This document shows positions 13,299-27,039 of a DNA stretch of 64,000 nucleotides, in pieces; position 1 is the stretch's first letter, and each line of letters begins with the position of its first letter. The notes under the pieces are model-generated. The model searched no databases, was not told the DNA's origin, and saw nothing but the letters and a program-made list of their open reading frames with translations. Where the stretch lies: positions 11,882,867 through 11,946,866 of the forward strand of contig NC_081387.1 in the NCBI RefSeq assembly GCF_030684315.1, given 5' to 3'. Both the position numbers and the translations under genes were made by a program. Source of the stretch: Stegostoma tigrinum (Eukaryota).

Positions 13299-15669
13299 CC
13301 CAGATGGTTCTGTGAGTCTATGATTCTATCTCTGGCTCCTCCCCTCCCTTCCTCGACATTTCTGTTTGCGTTTCTAGGGATAGATTGGCCACTAGTATCG
13401 ATTACAAACCGACTGACTCCCACACCTACCCAGGCTATACATCCTCAAACCCTGCTTCCTGGAAAGACTCCACCCTATCCTCACAGTTCCACCACCTCTG
13501 TCGCACATGTTCAGGTGAGGCCAACTTCAACAAGGGAGCCTCTGAAATGTCCACCTTCTTCCTCAACCGCTGGAGGATTCTGGAGGAGGATTCCCCACCT
13601 CTGTTGTCAACAGAGCCCTCAACTAGGTCCAACACATCTCCCCCACTTCTGCCCGCACCTCTTCTATTCCCTCCAATAACAGCGATAGGATTCCCCTTAA
13701 CCTTACCTACCATCCCACCAGCATCCACATCCACAAGATCATCAGACATTTCCAACACCTCCAATGAGATGCCACCAACAGACGCATATTCCCCTCCCGC
13801 TTCTGCCTTCTGCATGGACCGTTCCCTCCGGGACACCCTGGTCCACACTTTCTTCACCCCTGCCACCTCCCCATAGCCCTACGGCACCTTCCCCTGTAAC
13901 TAACAAAGGTGGAGCACCTGCTCATTTACCTCCTCCCTCCCCTGTATCCAAGGGCCCTACCAGGTGAAGCACTATTTCATCTGTAATTCCCAGAATCTGG
14001 TCTTCTGCATTCGCTGCTCACAATGTGGACTCCTTTACACTGTGGAAACAAAATGTACGCTTGACGACCGCTTCTCAGAACATCTACATTCTGCTCGCAA
14101 AAAAGACCCTGAACTACCTGTTGCCTATCACTTTAAAGCACCATCCTGCTCGCTGACCAACATCTCTGTCTCTGGCTTGCTGATGTGTTCCACCGAAGCT
14201 GAGTACAAGCTGGAGGACAACACTTCATTTTCCACTTGAGGATCTCACAGCCCTCTGGACTCAATATTGAGTTCAATAATTTTTGGGCCTAAACTCCCTG
14301 ATGTCCCAGCGCGCCCCCCCCCCCCCCCACCCCACACACCGGGCGTTGTTACCACACAGCTTGCCACTACACACACCCTGTTGTTAGGCACTAACAGTCC
14401 CCATTAAGCTACCTTTCACCTTAAAATGATGCCCTCTCATCATTGATCCTTCAAATGAGAACAGTTGTTTCCTATCCATCTTGTTGATGCCCCTCATAAT
14501 CTCATACATTTCAGTCAGGTCCCCCTTCAGCCCTCTCCACTCCAAAAAAGAAGTGATGACATAACCAACATCGATTGACTGGATGACTGTGAAAGTGACC
14601 ACTGAAAGATGGAATAATTGAAGAGCAAACCAATGTGAATATTAAATTGATCATGAATCATCATGAGTCCTGTACCATACTTATGACCTTGCTGGTTCAT
14701 TTAGCAGCTAAATTTTGAAATTAAGTTTCCTAAAAATTAAACAGAACTGGTTCATGTCAGCACACAGGTAGAAATTTCACCACAACTCGTCAGAACGTAG
14801 TCTTGTTGTGGGAGAGTAGTTGCAACTTTCTGTGTCAAATTGGCCCAATTGAACTGACAACCTATCATTGACTCCACCTGCTTCTCCCAGGCAGTGGCCA
14901 CAGCGTTGTAAAATCACACATTATGTATGACCTGCACACATTTCAATATCTACCATTGGTAATCATGGCAAAAACATCAAAATGAAGTGGCATTTATGTG
15001 CTAAACCCAATATTCAGTCATCACTAAATTTTGATGCGTTCTCGGTCCCAATATGTAACTGATGAATTTTGTCCTCATTGTAATCAGCGGCCACGAATAT
15101 CAGAACTTTGCTATACCGGGTGTCCAGTTCTCAGGGCGAGTATTTTGCAGGTGGCAAGTTGAAAGCTCGTCCCATTAACATGTCAATGCATCAATTGTTG
15201 TAAGTGATTGAATGTGATTGGCTTTTCACATAACTGAAGTATTGCGGAGGTGAGAGACATACGGTAGGGAAGAAAACAACGAAAATGCCGGAGAAATGCT
15301 CCAGGTTTTACAGCTTCTGTGCATAGAGAAACAGAGTCAACCTTCACGTCCATTGTAACTGTGCTTCAGAAATGAAAACCACTGGAAAGTATTGAATGGA
15401 TGAATGATTTATTTAATGTCACTTGCATTTAACAGTGAGTAATATTGCAAAGTACAGTGAAAAGCTTCAACTGTTGCCACAAACTGGTACCATTTTGAAA
15501 AATTCAAGCATAAACAAGATATAAGGATAGTGAAAGAAAATAGATCAATAATAATAAGAAAGATAAGGTGATATGTTTTATGCTCTGGCCAAAATGAACA
15601 AAAATATAACATGCTTACAGAACAGTGTCAGGATAAATGATTTCATGGAATATGAACAAAATCATATAA

Positions 15670-16590
15670 TGATGCTATCACAGTATGATCACATACTTTG
15701 CAGATGACACTAAGATTGGTGGAGTAGCAGATAGTGAAGGGGACTGTCGGAGAATGTAGCAGAATATAGATAGCTAGGAAAGTTGGGTGGGGAAATGGCA
15801 GATGGAGGTCAATCCAGCCAAATGTGAGGTGATTCATTTTGGAAGATCCAATTCAAGAACGAACTATACGGTAAATGGAAAAGCCCTGGGGAAAAATTGA
15901 TGCACAGAGAGATCTAGGTGTTCAGGTCCACTGTACTCTGAAGGTGGCAATGCAGGTCGATAGAGTGGTCAAGAAGGCATATGGCAAGCTTTCCTTCATC
16001 GGATGGGGTATTGAGTACAAGAGGTCATGTTGCAGTTGTATAGGACTTGGTTCAACCACATTTGGAATGCTGTGTACAATTCTGTTCGACACATGACCAA
16101 AAAGATGGGAATGCTTTGGAAAGCATGCAGAGGAGATTCACCAGAAAGTTGCCTGGTACGGAGGTCACTAGCTATGAAGAGACGTTGAGTAGATTAGGGT
16201 ATTTACATTACAAAGACGAAGGTTGAGGGGGAACCTGATTGACGTCTATAAAATCACGGCAGGTATAGACGGGATGGATAGCAAGAAGCTTTTTCCCAGA
16301 GTGGGGGACTCAATTACTAGGGAGTCATGATTTCAAAGTGAGAGGGGAAAAGTTTAAGGGAGATATGCGTGGAAAGTTCTTTACGCAGAGGGTGGTGGGT
16401 GCCTGGAATGTGTTGCCAGCAGAGGTGATAAAAGCGGGCATGATAGCTTCATTTAAGATGTATCTAGACAGGTACATGAATGAGCAGGGAGCAGAGGGAT
16501 ACAAATCCTTGCAAAATAAGCAACAGGTTTCAATAGAGGATCTGGATCAGCACAGGCTTGGGGGGCCAAGAGCGCTGTTCCTGTGCTGTA
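15670..16590 (+). mobile_element. CR1 LINE 3' fragment
   Basis: FADDTKIGG; QRDLGVQVH..LKVAMQVDRVVKKAYG; FFTQRVVGAWN. Confidence 0.92.
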
Positions 16591-16929
16591 ATTTTCTTTG
16601 TTCTTTGTTCTATGACCAAAATCAATTGAGAGGGAAACAGTAGGATACAAGACAAAGCTAACCAACAATATAAAATTAGGAGAGCCTGAAGAAGGGTCAC
16701 TGGATCTGAAACATTAATTGATTTCACTCAATGGATGCTGCCTGACCAGCTGAGTTTTCCCAACAGCTTCTGTTCTCATGCATGATTTCCAGCTTCACAG
16801 TTCTTATGGTGTTCAGTTGTTGAATGTGCATTTAGATGTCAACTGTCTCTATATATATCTAAAGAAGCAACAAGTTAAGAAAATGAGCACAGTATCGAGA
16901 GCAAATGAGGGCACAGCATTGATATTCGA

Positions 16930-17760
16930 AAATAAGGAAATGGCAAATTAATTGAACATGGCGGGAGGAACTCGGGAAAATAGCAAACACCAGCATAGTG
17001 TGGAAATTCTTGGAGTTGTATTTTGATATAAGCTCGGGTCCTGAAGAACTTCATTCTAGTGTTCTTAAAAAAATTTAGACTGAGACCATGGTGCATTGTT
17101 TTTAATTTTCCAAAACTCACTTGATTCCAGAGCTGTCCTATTAGTTTGGATGGTAGTGAATATACTTTCTTTATGATGTAGAGGGTGTGGGTGGGGACAT
17201 TGGTGAAGGGGAAAGTACGAAACTATAGTCTGATTACTTTATCATCTGTCGTCGAGGAAATGTTTGATGTTCTTTTGAAAAAAACTTACAGTAGAGAAGA
17301 CAAACAGAATGGCAGCTTTTTTTTCAAAGGGAATGGTATTTAATTATAGGGAGGTTTTGAAAGAACTACATAGGTCATTATTCAGATCACTTCTTGAATA
17401 CTGTGTATACCTTTGGTCCACTTATCTAGGAAAGGATGTCCAAGTGTTGGAGGCAGTACAGCAAAGATTCACTAGATTGGTCACTACTATGGAAGAACTG
17501 TCTTATCAGATGGAGATTGCATCTGTTGGGTCTGTACTCATTGCATGCTAAAACAATGCTTGGCAACCTTATTAAAACATACAAGTTTTATTGAGGTCTT
17601 GACAGGGTAGAATCATAGAATTGTTGCCCCTTGTGACAGTGTATATTCCCGAAGGCGTAATTACGGAGTTATGTGATAAAGGAATGGAATTGAAGTTGAG
17701 GATTATCAGATAACCCGTAATCTCATTGGCTTGATGGAGCAAGTGACCGATTTCTTCTCT
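16930..17760 (+). mobile_element. Degenerate CR1 fragments
   Basis: SLFRSLLEYCVYLWSTYLGKDVQVLEAVQQRFTRL. Confidence 0.75.
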
Positions 17761-19044
17761 TATGTTTTATGGTCTTATGTCATGTTACATAAAATTATGA
17801 ATGACCATTGCAAGGACGTTTTTTTCAGGAGGCTGTGAACTGGGTAGATATTTGAACCAATAACTTCAATGTTTGGTTATCATGGTTTACCTATTCCCCA
17901 CAAATCTTTCAATTTGTGTAGATTTTGCAATGCCAATTGTCAGGGATTTTCAGCAGATAATTTAAACAAGCCATAATGCTGAATGAATTTCAGTCTGGAT
18001 ACTTAAAGACAAATGCCTAGAATCAGTGATGGTTAAATGTTTTGCTAACTGATCTCAGAACTTGGTGATACTGGTTGGGATCTGATTTGTTTTCTGTTAT
18101 CTATCTGGAGATGGAATGAATTGCATTCACATTATACTCACAAGGGAGAGATTATCTTAAAATCTTTCTCTACTCTTCACATATATTAAAACATCCAATT
18201 TATTTGTAAATACCTTCAGTTAATTATTGAAAGGACTGAAAGTTTAGTGAACTACACCTGTCTCAAACATGTGCCGTGACCAGGAACATACAGCTTGTTT
18301 TTTTTTTAATTCTGAAGATTCTTTTTGCACATTATGTTAGGTCTCATATATTGTGAAGGTCAATAGCTGCACCTGTGTTATGGAAACATAGCAGTTTGCA
18401 GTTGAGTATGATTTTTGCAGGTGGGATGCACAATTGACAACTCTCAAGCATATCCTGTCTGGTTGAAAGTAAGCTATAAATATCTCCACAAACATAAACC
18501 CTTGTCTGATGCTGACCTGCACATCTCTGCAGCCTTACAAGATTTTTCACACTAAAATCACTCCGCAAAACTGAACAAACATCATGTGACTAAATGTCAC
18601 CTCCTGTGGCTAATCATCATACTTTCTTTTGTCAAGCTTTTGAACACTTAATTTACAATAAAGTTGCTGTATATATATAATATATATATAAAGTTGTTAA
18701 CGTCTAAAATGACAAGAACATACTTTTTCAACATTATTTCTTCAGATGTCTTTCCACATGGCTGCAGTAAATCTTAAGATATATGAAACAGAAGAAGTTA
18801 AAGAAAACTTAAAACATTCTTGCACAAAAAACATTAAGAAGGACCACTTCCTGCAGATGCTCAAATCTGAAATATTTGTACTGATTCCTTAAAGCGAGAA
18901 CAATGCATTGATGTGCTTGCAAAAGTGGAAAAAGAAGGGAAGCATCTTGTTTCCCACATTGCTTTTCCTGTTTGTTTTTCTCCCCTTAATCAATTTTGAC
19001 CCTAATCCTACTTAACCTCATTTGGGAAAACATGCTTTAAGACA

Positions 19045-19333
19045 TAGACTCATAGAAATCTACAGCACAAAAGACCCTCCAGCTCATTGAGTCTGAACTG
19101 AACAAAAACATCCATCTAACTTTTCTAATCCTATTTTCCAGAATTTGGTCCACAGCTTTGCACACCTTTGCATTGCAAATGTAGATCTAAATACTTCCAA
19201 ATGTAAGGAGGGTTTCTGCTTGCACCATCTGCCAGTGAATTCCACTTTCTCACCACCTTCTGGGTGAACATAAATTTCCTCACATTATCTCTGAATCTCC
19301 TGCCCTTTACATTATACACATATATGTGTGCAT

Positions 19334-19381
<48 letters not shown>

Positions 19382-20410
19382 GTGTATATAAGTAAAAACA
19401 CATGTCAGCCATGCACCTTCTGCCATATCATCCAGTGTCCTACAATGTCAGGAAAACAACCATGGTTTGTCTAACCTCTCTTCAGAAGTAAAATTCACCA
19501 GGCCAGGCAACATCCAAGTACATCTATTTTCTACTCACTCCAGTATAACCACTTTCCTCCTATAATATGGATTCCAGACCTGCAAATAACACTCAAGCTG
19601 TGCCTTTCAACACAACTTCCTTGCTCTTAAACTCGGTACTTTGGCTTATAAATGAAAGCATTCCATCGCCTTGTAAGTCACTTTAGCTACCTGACTCACT
19701 ACATTAAGGGATCAATGTGCATGCACACCAATGTACTTCTTGATACTTTACTTACCAACAGTCTACCATTGTTTATGTGATCCCACGTCCTGTTTGTCCT
19801 ACCCGAGTGCATCAGCTCACACATATCTCGATTGAATTTAATTTTCCACTGATTAGTCCACCTGAGCATAATCCTGTAATCTAAGGCTGTCCTCTTCAAT
19901 ATTTAATAGCCCCATAAATTTTTGTATGATCCATAAACTTACTGGCCAACCCTCCAACATTCAAGTCTAAATGTTTATATGTACCACAAACAGTAAGGGC
20001 CACAAAACCTATCATTGCAGAACCACACTTGAGACGGATTTCCAATCACAAGAAAACAGTCAACCATCACCATCTGCTTCCTGCCTCTCAGCCAATTCCA
20101 GATCCAATTTGCCAAATTTTCTTGGATTCCATGTGCTCCTCGCTATCAGTCACTCATGCGGGATCTTATCAAAAGCCTTGTGGAAGCCCAAGTAGATTAT
20201 GTGAAATGTATTTTCCTCATCTGCACACCTCTCCAACTCTTGGAAAAATTCAATCTAGTTCGCCATGCACGACTTTCCCTTCACAAAATCATGTTGACTG
20301 TTCTTGATTAATCCACGACTCCCCAAAAGCAGATTAAATTTGCCTCTCACAGTTTCTTCCAATAGCTTCCCCATCACTGAGGTGAGGCCGAGACCACTAG
20401 CATGCAGTTT
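19045..20410 (-). mobile_element. CR1 LINE fragment with internal (CA)n at ~19336-19378
   Basis: LTSVMGKLLE, SQHDFVKGKSC, KFNRDMCELMH, FTQKVVRKWNSL. Confidence 0.88.
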
Positions 20411-21040
20411 ACTGGTTTGTCCCAGTTGGATGGTGGATGTAACATAATGTTTGAAGCCCAGTGACAATGGGTTTGTGACGCTGGAACAAAAGAGACGAGC
20501 GTTCCATGTTCCGTGTCAGAAGATTCCCTGGCACCCATGGACAATACCAGAGGCAGGTCTCCTCGATTTTCTATTCTTTATTCAGAATTGACAGTAGCAG
20601 CATGTTCTCCTGATCTTTGGAAGATTCGTCTGGACGCAATTTCCGTACTCATACCTGGGTGGAAGATTAATTTCTAGTCTCACGACCTGAATACTCTTTG
20701 ATAAGTCATTATTTCGGATTTGTTGTTAATATGAAGCAAATGCGTTGCAAACACTCGAAGCTCTGAGGTCCCACTTGTGCACATTATTGCATGATTGTCA
20801 TCACTGATTTCCTTTCAATCTATACTTCACGAAACTGTCAGAGACGAATGTATGAAAACCTCAAACCAGTGGAAACAAGACAAGCTGAACCCTCGTTGCA
20901 CCAAGCGGAGCACAAAGAAGCTTTGAGCAATATTTTCCATTGTGTCACATGCTGTCGGTGTCTTTAAGAGTTGTAATGCTCTCTCACCAGTACCGTGATC
21001 AATCTGTATTCAATACCATTCCATTCGCAGAGCGGCAAGA

Positions 21041-21083
21041 ATGGGTTCCGGCGCTGCGTTCTATATTCTTAGTTTTGGCTTTG
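21041..21083 (+). CDS. NCR3/NKp30-like gene A, exon 1 (signal peptide MGSGAAFYILSFGF)
   Basis: ATG at 21041, 14 codons plus G, then GTAAGA donor (phase 1). Joins in frame to the V exon, giving the signal peptide MGSGAAFYILSFGFAVTA|ENIKV. Confidence 0.75.
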
Positions 21084-21773
21084 GTAAGAAGTCTAATTAA
21101 TGCACTTACTGGAATTATATGGAAAGCCAGGCAAACGTTGAAATGTATGAGGCTTGTATTTGCTGAGGCATGGAACATGTCATATTAGCAATTTATCACT
21201 GTCAATTTAATTTCTGTCAATTACGTGCAGTTGACATTGAAATTACGGGATTTCAAGGGCAGTGATTACTATTTTATATGAATTGAAAGATTTTAATATC
21301 CTTGTAATTGGTGCGCCTTCAAAATATACGACTGTAACATCAACTAAATCATCACGTGGTGAAAACATGAACTGTTGTTTTCGTTTTGCAATGGAAGGAT
21401 CGCACAGTATACCATATAGTTTTGAAATTCATGATCCAATGTTCGATAAAACTGGATAACCTCAAAGATTATATATCTCCGAAAGTGAATTAGCTCAATG
21501 GCGCGATTATCCTCCATCATCTTCGTCAATGTAATTTCATCTTATTTATAAATCTATCACAAAACGATAAAGTCGTTGAATCAAATTTCCCATAGTGGGA
21601 AAGCTAATCACTTCATTTTGGTGTGTGAATGTCTGCACAAACTTTAGACAAATACACGTGACTGTTCCGTCGTTTGAATTCCAATAATTGATTTTAGCGA
21701 GAATATTTCATGCAGACCCCACAACGTCGCACGTGTCTTACTTCAGAGTGAAACGTTGCTTGTTCTTTTACAG

Positions 21774-22112
21774 CAGTGACTGCTGAGAACATCAAAGTTC
21801 TTCAAAGCCCGGCATTTGTTAAGGTAACCGAGGGGGCGACGGCCGTTATGCACTGTGCTTACGAAGGATCTAGTGGGCCGAGTGTCTTCAGATGGTTCAG
21901 GGAAGATACAAATGGAACCGAACTTGGTAACAGCACAGCACAGTACAGAGGCCGGGTCACTGGGCCAATCAGGGAAAAAATCGACGGAAGGACGGGCGCC
22001 TGGATTCAACTGGTTAATGTGACATTGAGCGATGAGGCGACCTATTATTGCAAAGTGGAATTTGTCTCAAGCGGTGAACATTATGGACCAGGAACGACAC
22101 TTTTTGTTACAG
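21774..22112 (+). CDS. NCR3/NKp30-like gene A, exon 2: germline-joined VJ-type Ig domain
   Basis: Acceptor ttcttttacag, donor G|GTGAG, 339 nt, phase 1-1. Has B-strand Cys (MHC), C-strand Trp (FRWFR), GTELGNSTAQYRGRV (human NKp30 has GKEVRNGTPEFRGRL), DEATYYC and the J-like YGPGTTLFV. Confidence 0.93.
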
Positions 22113-24855
22113 GTGAGCCTGCATCACGCTGCTACTTTGAACGATGAAGTAGTCTCATTGAGGTGCCTTTAGTTCACACACCCTCTCAGAAGTCAATCTT
22201 ACACTAGCAAAGGTCCTACAGACACAACTTCGCAAATTAAGGCATTAGAAAACCAGATATTACAAACTCTGAGATTGTACTTATTTATCCCACCATATTT
22301 CTTGAATGTAGTCTACAGTCACACAACTCGAATAATTATTTTGATTCTATCTTCGACATAGAGGCTACAAGGAACATTGCACCAACAGCTGTAGATTAGG
22401 AAGTGGGAAAGAGAGATGTTTTTGAAGTTACAATCACCAGGGAAGCGAGCTGTCACGGCGCCAGATCCTGCTCGAGCTCTCATGCCTTCTTGGAAGAAAT
22501 GGCCACTTATCCCATAGATACATTGGTGCTAACTTTCCAAAGTTCGCCGGATTCTGGGAAGTTTTGAACGGGCACGAATGTGACAAATCGAATCAAGAGG
22601 GAGGGAAGCAGAAATTCCCAAGTTATAAGCAGGTACACTAGTCACATGTCGCTAGAAATCGATCAGCAAGCTGAGATTTAGTTGATAATGGAGGAAATCT
22701 GAAAGTCGTTAGGAAGTAAGAGTGGCGTTTTAGAAAGGTAATCATGATCAACAGTTTACCAGAGTGCTATGGATGTACTGCACTTGGACTTCCAAAAGAC
22801 ATTTTGCAAGGTATCATGTTCTTTCGGAAAATCTGTCAGGGGCACGGATAGACATTAGATGTGTGGCTGGGAGAAAGTGGAGAATACGTGTGCATAATTT
22901 CGTTTTGTTTGCTAAGCTGTGATGACTGGCATCCTACAAATGTCTGTTCTGGGGCCTATCTTTTTGCAAAGTATGTCAATGACATGATTGAGCCGACCAA
23001 AAGCAGACGACTATGCTGACAGATTACTCAGAAATCTGGCAGATGGAGTTCAATGAGGGGGAAAAGTGAATACAACAGCCTTCGCCTGACCTAAATGGCA
23101 AACAAATGTAGGATACAGAGTTGGAAATAAACCTAGCGCAAGAATCACATGAGTTCGCGTGCAGGACAGAAAGCAACGAAAACAGAGATGGTTAAAGAAA
23201 GTCAGTAGTCTGGCAGTATCTGCGAGAAAGAATCAGAGTTAACATTTCGAGTCCACTGACCCTTCTTCAGAAATTAATTCAGTTGACTAATGCAATGCCA
23301 TCTTTTAATGCGATAAGTTCGATAATAAAAGTTAGTACGTTAGGTAGCAGGTGTGGTGGTGGGGTCACATCATTAATACTGTATAAACGCTCCTTCCAAT
23401 TGCAGTTTAAAATAACTGAAAACCCCGGAAGTACACCACATAACTAACATGCCAACAGCATGCGGGGAAATATAAAAGTGTCTCGCCTTCAGGTTTAATC
23501 TGAGGTCAGAAGATATGCAGATTTTAAACGACCTGATTCGATTCTTCCACGGTATCAATCCTGTCAGCTTCATGAATTTAGCATTTGATTGCATGCTGAA
23601 GTGATCCAATACCCAAGCTTTCTGACCATTCCAGCCAAGCCCTTCCTTGAGGAGTGCGTGCGCTGTGCAGGAATAAATGGTCGCCGGTGTCTGTTTTAAA
23701 CAGATTTCACTGCGCCGAATGTGTGCCTGTCAAATGTTCGCTTGACCAATCCTTTGAAAATTGACAACATCGCCAAACGGCGCCAAGACCAGCTCTGTTA
23801 AGGTCAATGGAAGAAATGGAGAGTCACCGTGGTCCGTTTGTCCCTGACCAGTTCTGTGTAAATTCACTGAACAACGAGAGCGTGACATCGGTATGGACCC
23901 CACCCCGTCCGAAATATTTCTCTTCCGTATCAGAGTGGTTTTGAGCGACTCCCTTTTGGTTTATAGAAAACTAATCGTTTAAAGGCTACGGTTGAGAGTC
24001 AAAGGTTGGATTAAGGAAACACGTTTCTTGAAGCAAAATGGAATCTGAGAATATTAATTTAAATTAACTTGCACGGCGGGAAATGGGAGAGGAGGGGCGA
24101 TGGTCTCATGGTAGTATCAATAGACTGTTAATTCAGAGAATCAGCTAAAGTTCTGAGGACCCGGTTTTAAATCCTGCAATGGCAGTTGGTGGAATTTGAG
24201 TTCAATATAGAATTAAGGATCTAAGGTTTTGTTATCAATCATGAATCCATTGTTGATTGTTGGAAAAACCCATCTAGTCAGCTAATTTCCTTTAAGGAAG
24301 GAAATCTGCCATCCTGACCAGATCTGGCCGACAAGTGACTCCAGGCCCCACAGCACGTGGTGCACTCTTAACTGTCCTCTGGGCAATTAGGGATGGGCAA
24401 TAAATACTGGTCTAGCGAGACACGTACATATCCTGCGAGTGATTTGTTTTAATGCATTCTGTTCGCTGGAATACTGCCCAGTAATCCGCCCGTACTAACT
24501 AGCAACGCAGTCAGTTTAGGAGAATTCAAAACTAAAGGGTGAAACTTTCAGGTGAGAGGAGAAAGACTTAAAAGGGACCTGAGGGACAACGTTTTCACAC
24601 AGTTGGGACGTGGAATTGCTGACAGAGGGAGTAGCAGGTTACAGTAACAATATTTAAAAGACATTTGGACAGGTACATGAATAGGAAAGGTTTAGAGGGA
24701 TAAGGGCCAAATGCAAATTAGACGGTCTCGTTTAATTTGGGAAAGTTGCTTGACACGGACGAGTTGTACCAAAGGGTCTATTACCGTGCAGTCTGGCTCT
24801 ATGAGAGTAGGCTAGGGCAAAAAGAAGATCAATGACATCTGTTTCCTTCCGGCAG

Positions 24856-24987
24856 CGAGGAGCAGAAATCACACATCGATCATTGCCAAGGGTAGACGGA
24901 CAGCCCTGGTTGTAACAACAGTGGGATTTCTACTGACCGCCCTCTCAGTGATAACTATTGTCATCTCATGCCGGGACGAAGCGAAAG
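24856..24987 (+). CDS. NCR3-like gene A, exon 3: stalk plus transmembrane
   Basis: Acceptor tttccttccggcag, donor AAG|GTGCAC, 132 nt, phase 1-1. Translates (A)RSRNHTSIIAKGRRTALVVTTVGFLLTALSVITIVISCRDEAK. Confidence 0.8.
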
Positions 24988-25832
24988 GTGCACATTGCTT
25001 CATTGTATAATTTCAATCGTTCCACACCTTCCACGTTGCTTGTCATGTCGCGGAACATTCTCATGTATCGGTGCTCGGACTGGATGTTAAGTTAACAAAA
25101 GGGAATGCCCAGCTCTCCGACGTTGGACTCAACAACAATTACACATTGGGAACGTAAAGAGACCGTTTTCCTAATCTTCAGGAAGGTTCTTTTTTTAATC
25201 GATGGCAAAGTTTAAAACCTGAAATGCGCTCAGTATTTCAGAAAGGAAAGAGAAGTTGGGGGAAACACAGAAACGTAGCAAGTGGAAGTAGGAGCAGGCG
25301 ACTCATCATCGCGGTGCATCGGTAAATGCGATTCTGGTTGATTCCCTATGCCAGCGCCTCACTCACGCTCTTTCCCTACCCACTATTTGAAGATTATTGT
25401 TCCCCTCAATTTCAGTCCCATAGGTCCTACTCTGTAAACTGAGACTGAAACCTTTTTTCCAGGCACCACTCTGAAAAAAAAAGTTCTTTTTCTCACAGTT
25501 TTGGGTACCATTTCGAATAGTTAACTCTATCAACAACGAAAAATATCTCTGACTACTCGCCACAATACAGCTACATGTTTCCGTCCCTACTGACTTAATG
25601 GTACCCGTATCCTGCGTCTCACGGCAATTTCGTAACTCAACATTCCAATCGCATCAACTCTCCAGCCCAACTTGCCAAACGTTTTACGATTTATCTGTTA
25701 CTACAAGAACAAAACTACGACATGTGCGAATAGAATCCATTGTTTTAGAACACTACTTATGTTTTACTGAGATAGCACGGTGTGAAGCTGGATGAACACA
25801 GCAGGCCAAGCAGCATCGGAGGAGCAGGAAAG

Positions 25833-25866
25833 CTTGACGTTTCGGGTCGGGACCCATCTTCAGAAG
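25833..25866 (-). ncRNA. Minimal hammerhead-ribozyme motif in a PLE terminus
   Basis: CTT-CTGAAGA-T-GGGTC-CC-GACCC-GAAA-C-GTC-AAG: CUGANGA, stem II, GAAA, GUC triplet, stem I CTT/AAG. Confidence 0.7.
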
Positions 25867-26128
25867 AAAAACTGAATGCAAATATCGCCCAAAGGTTTAC
25901 TTTGCTTCCCCTTCTCATCCTGAAAAAGTCCAATTACCTCTAACATATCTATATCGCATTCGGACTTTATATTGCGTGATGATACGCGTATTTAATAGAC
26001 AAGATTAGTCACAAATTGGGAGTGGGGGGGAGTATATGGCGTAGGCGAGATTGGAAATATTGAGCTGCGATTTCAAGTCATTTACATTTCTGATGTTTTT
26101 TTTTCTCCTCCCTACACATCGTATTTAG

Positions 26129-26175
26129 AAATTTCACAGACGATCATTGAGCAGAATTGCGGATCGGGTATATAG
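26129..26175 (+). CDS. NCR3-like gene A, probable last coding exon (short tail EISQTIIEQNCGSGI*)
   Basis: Long pyrimidine tract ending ...gtatttag. Phase-1 entry gives a short Tyr-free tail ending in TAG at 26173-26175. Exon choice is inferred without transcript data. Confidence 0.5.
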
Positions 26176-26495
26176 CACCCCAGAATAATTGAGCTTTTTT
26201 GCCTCTCTTCCGCACTGTGATACCTGTTGGCTAATTGCTGATGTGTATAACCGGCAAAACCAAAATGATTCCTCATATATTGGCTTGAGTGTTCATCGAT
26301 TTAATAGCAGGGAGCAGATGTAAAACCCACCAGTAAGCAAATATTAACTACAAACTCAACTGGTGATTGAAATGCAAGACAGTTCTGAACTTCATACCTC
26401 ATTTTAATATTCCTCCACATTATATTTCTCGCGAATCATTCATTGGATGGTCCAGACTAGCATTTATTGCCCACCCGTAGTTGCCCTTGGGCAGT

Positions 26496-26962
26496 TGGTG
26501 GTGAGCTACAGTCTGGACCTTCTGCAGTTATCGGGGTAGAGTCAGAACCATACGCCCGAGAGGAGGTGTTTGGAACCCAACAAGACTCCGTTGTCAAAAA
26601 CAGCTCTAAATCCACACAAGTTCCACTCTCCAGCACTTGGCTCATGAATGTCATGACATTTCAAGTGCTTATCTAAACACTTTCTGATTTAATTGTACAC
26701 ATACCCTGCGTCTCACAGCAACTTTGTAACTCAATATTCCAATCACATCAACTCTCCACCCCAACTTGGCAAACGCTTTATGATTAATCTACAAGAATAA
26801 AACTACAACATCTATGAATAGAATCCATATGTTTGGACTTGTGTGGATTTGGAGTAGTTTTTGACAGTGGAGTCCTGTTGGTTTCCAAAGACCTCCTCTC
26901 TACCGAATGGTTCTGACTCTACCCTGATTACTGCAGCAGTTCCAGACTGTAGCTCACCACCA
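26496..26962. repeat. 126-bp inverted repeat (26496-26621 / 26837-26962)
   Basis: tggtggtgagctacagtctgga...aaatccacacaagt and its reverse complement 215 nt downstream. Confidence 0.9.
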
Positions 26963-27039
26963 TCTGCTCAACAGGTTTCCTGCCTCAACTACCCCGCCAG
27001 GTAGTGCACCCCAGATTTCTAACATCCCCAGGGTGAAGT

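Larger units (their letters stand above)
12320..14290 (+). mobile_element. Old Penelope-like element (RT to GIY-YIG) interrupted by a younger PLE fold-back and an HE1 SINE
   Basis: GVAMGTYM|...PSYACLFMGY RT motif split by the insert; YKPTDSHTY..YTSS; NLVFCIRCSQCGLLYTVETKCTLDDRFSEHL (GIY-YIG). Confidence 0.9.

Noticed and set aside
23704-23945. Possible extra (C-domain or stalk) exon in gene A intron 2
   Set aside because: There is a plausible acceptor and it starts DFTAPNV, but it hits TAA after about 32 codons, with no Ig Cys/Trp pattern and no frame-preserving donor.
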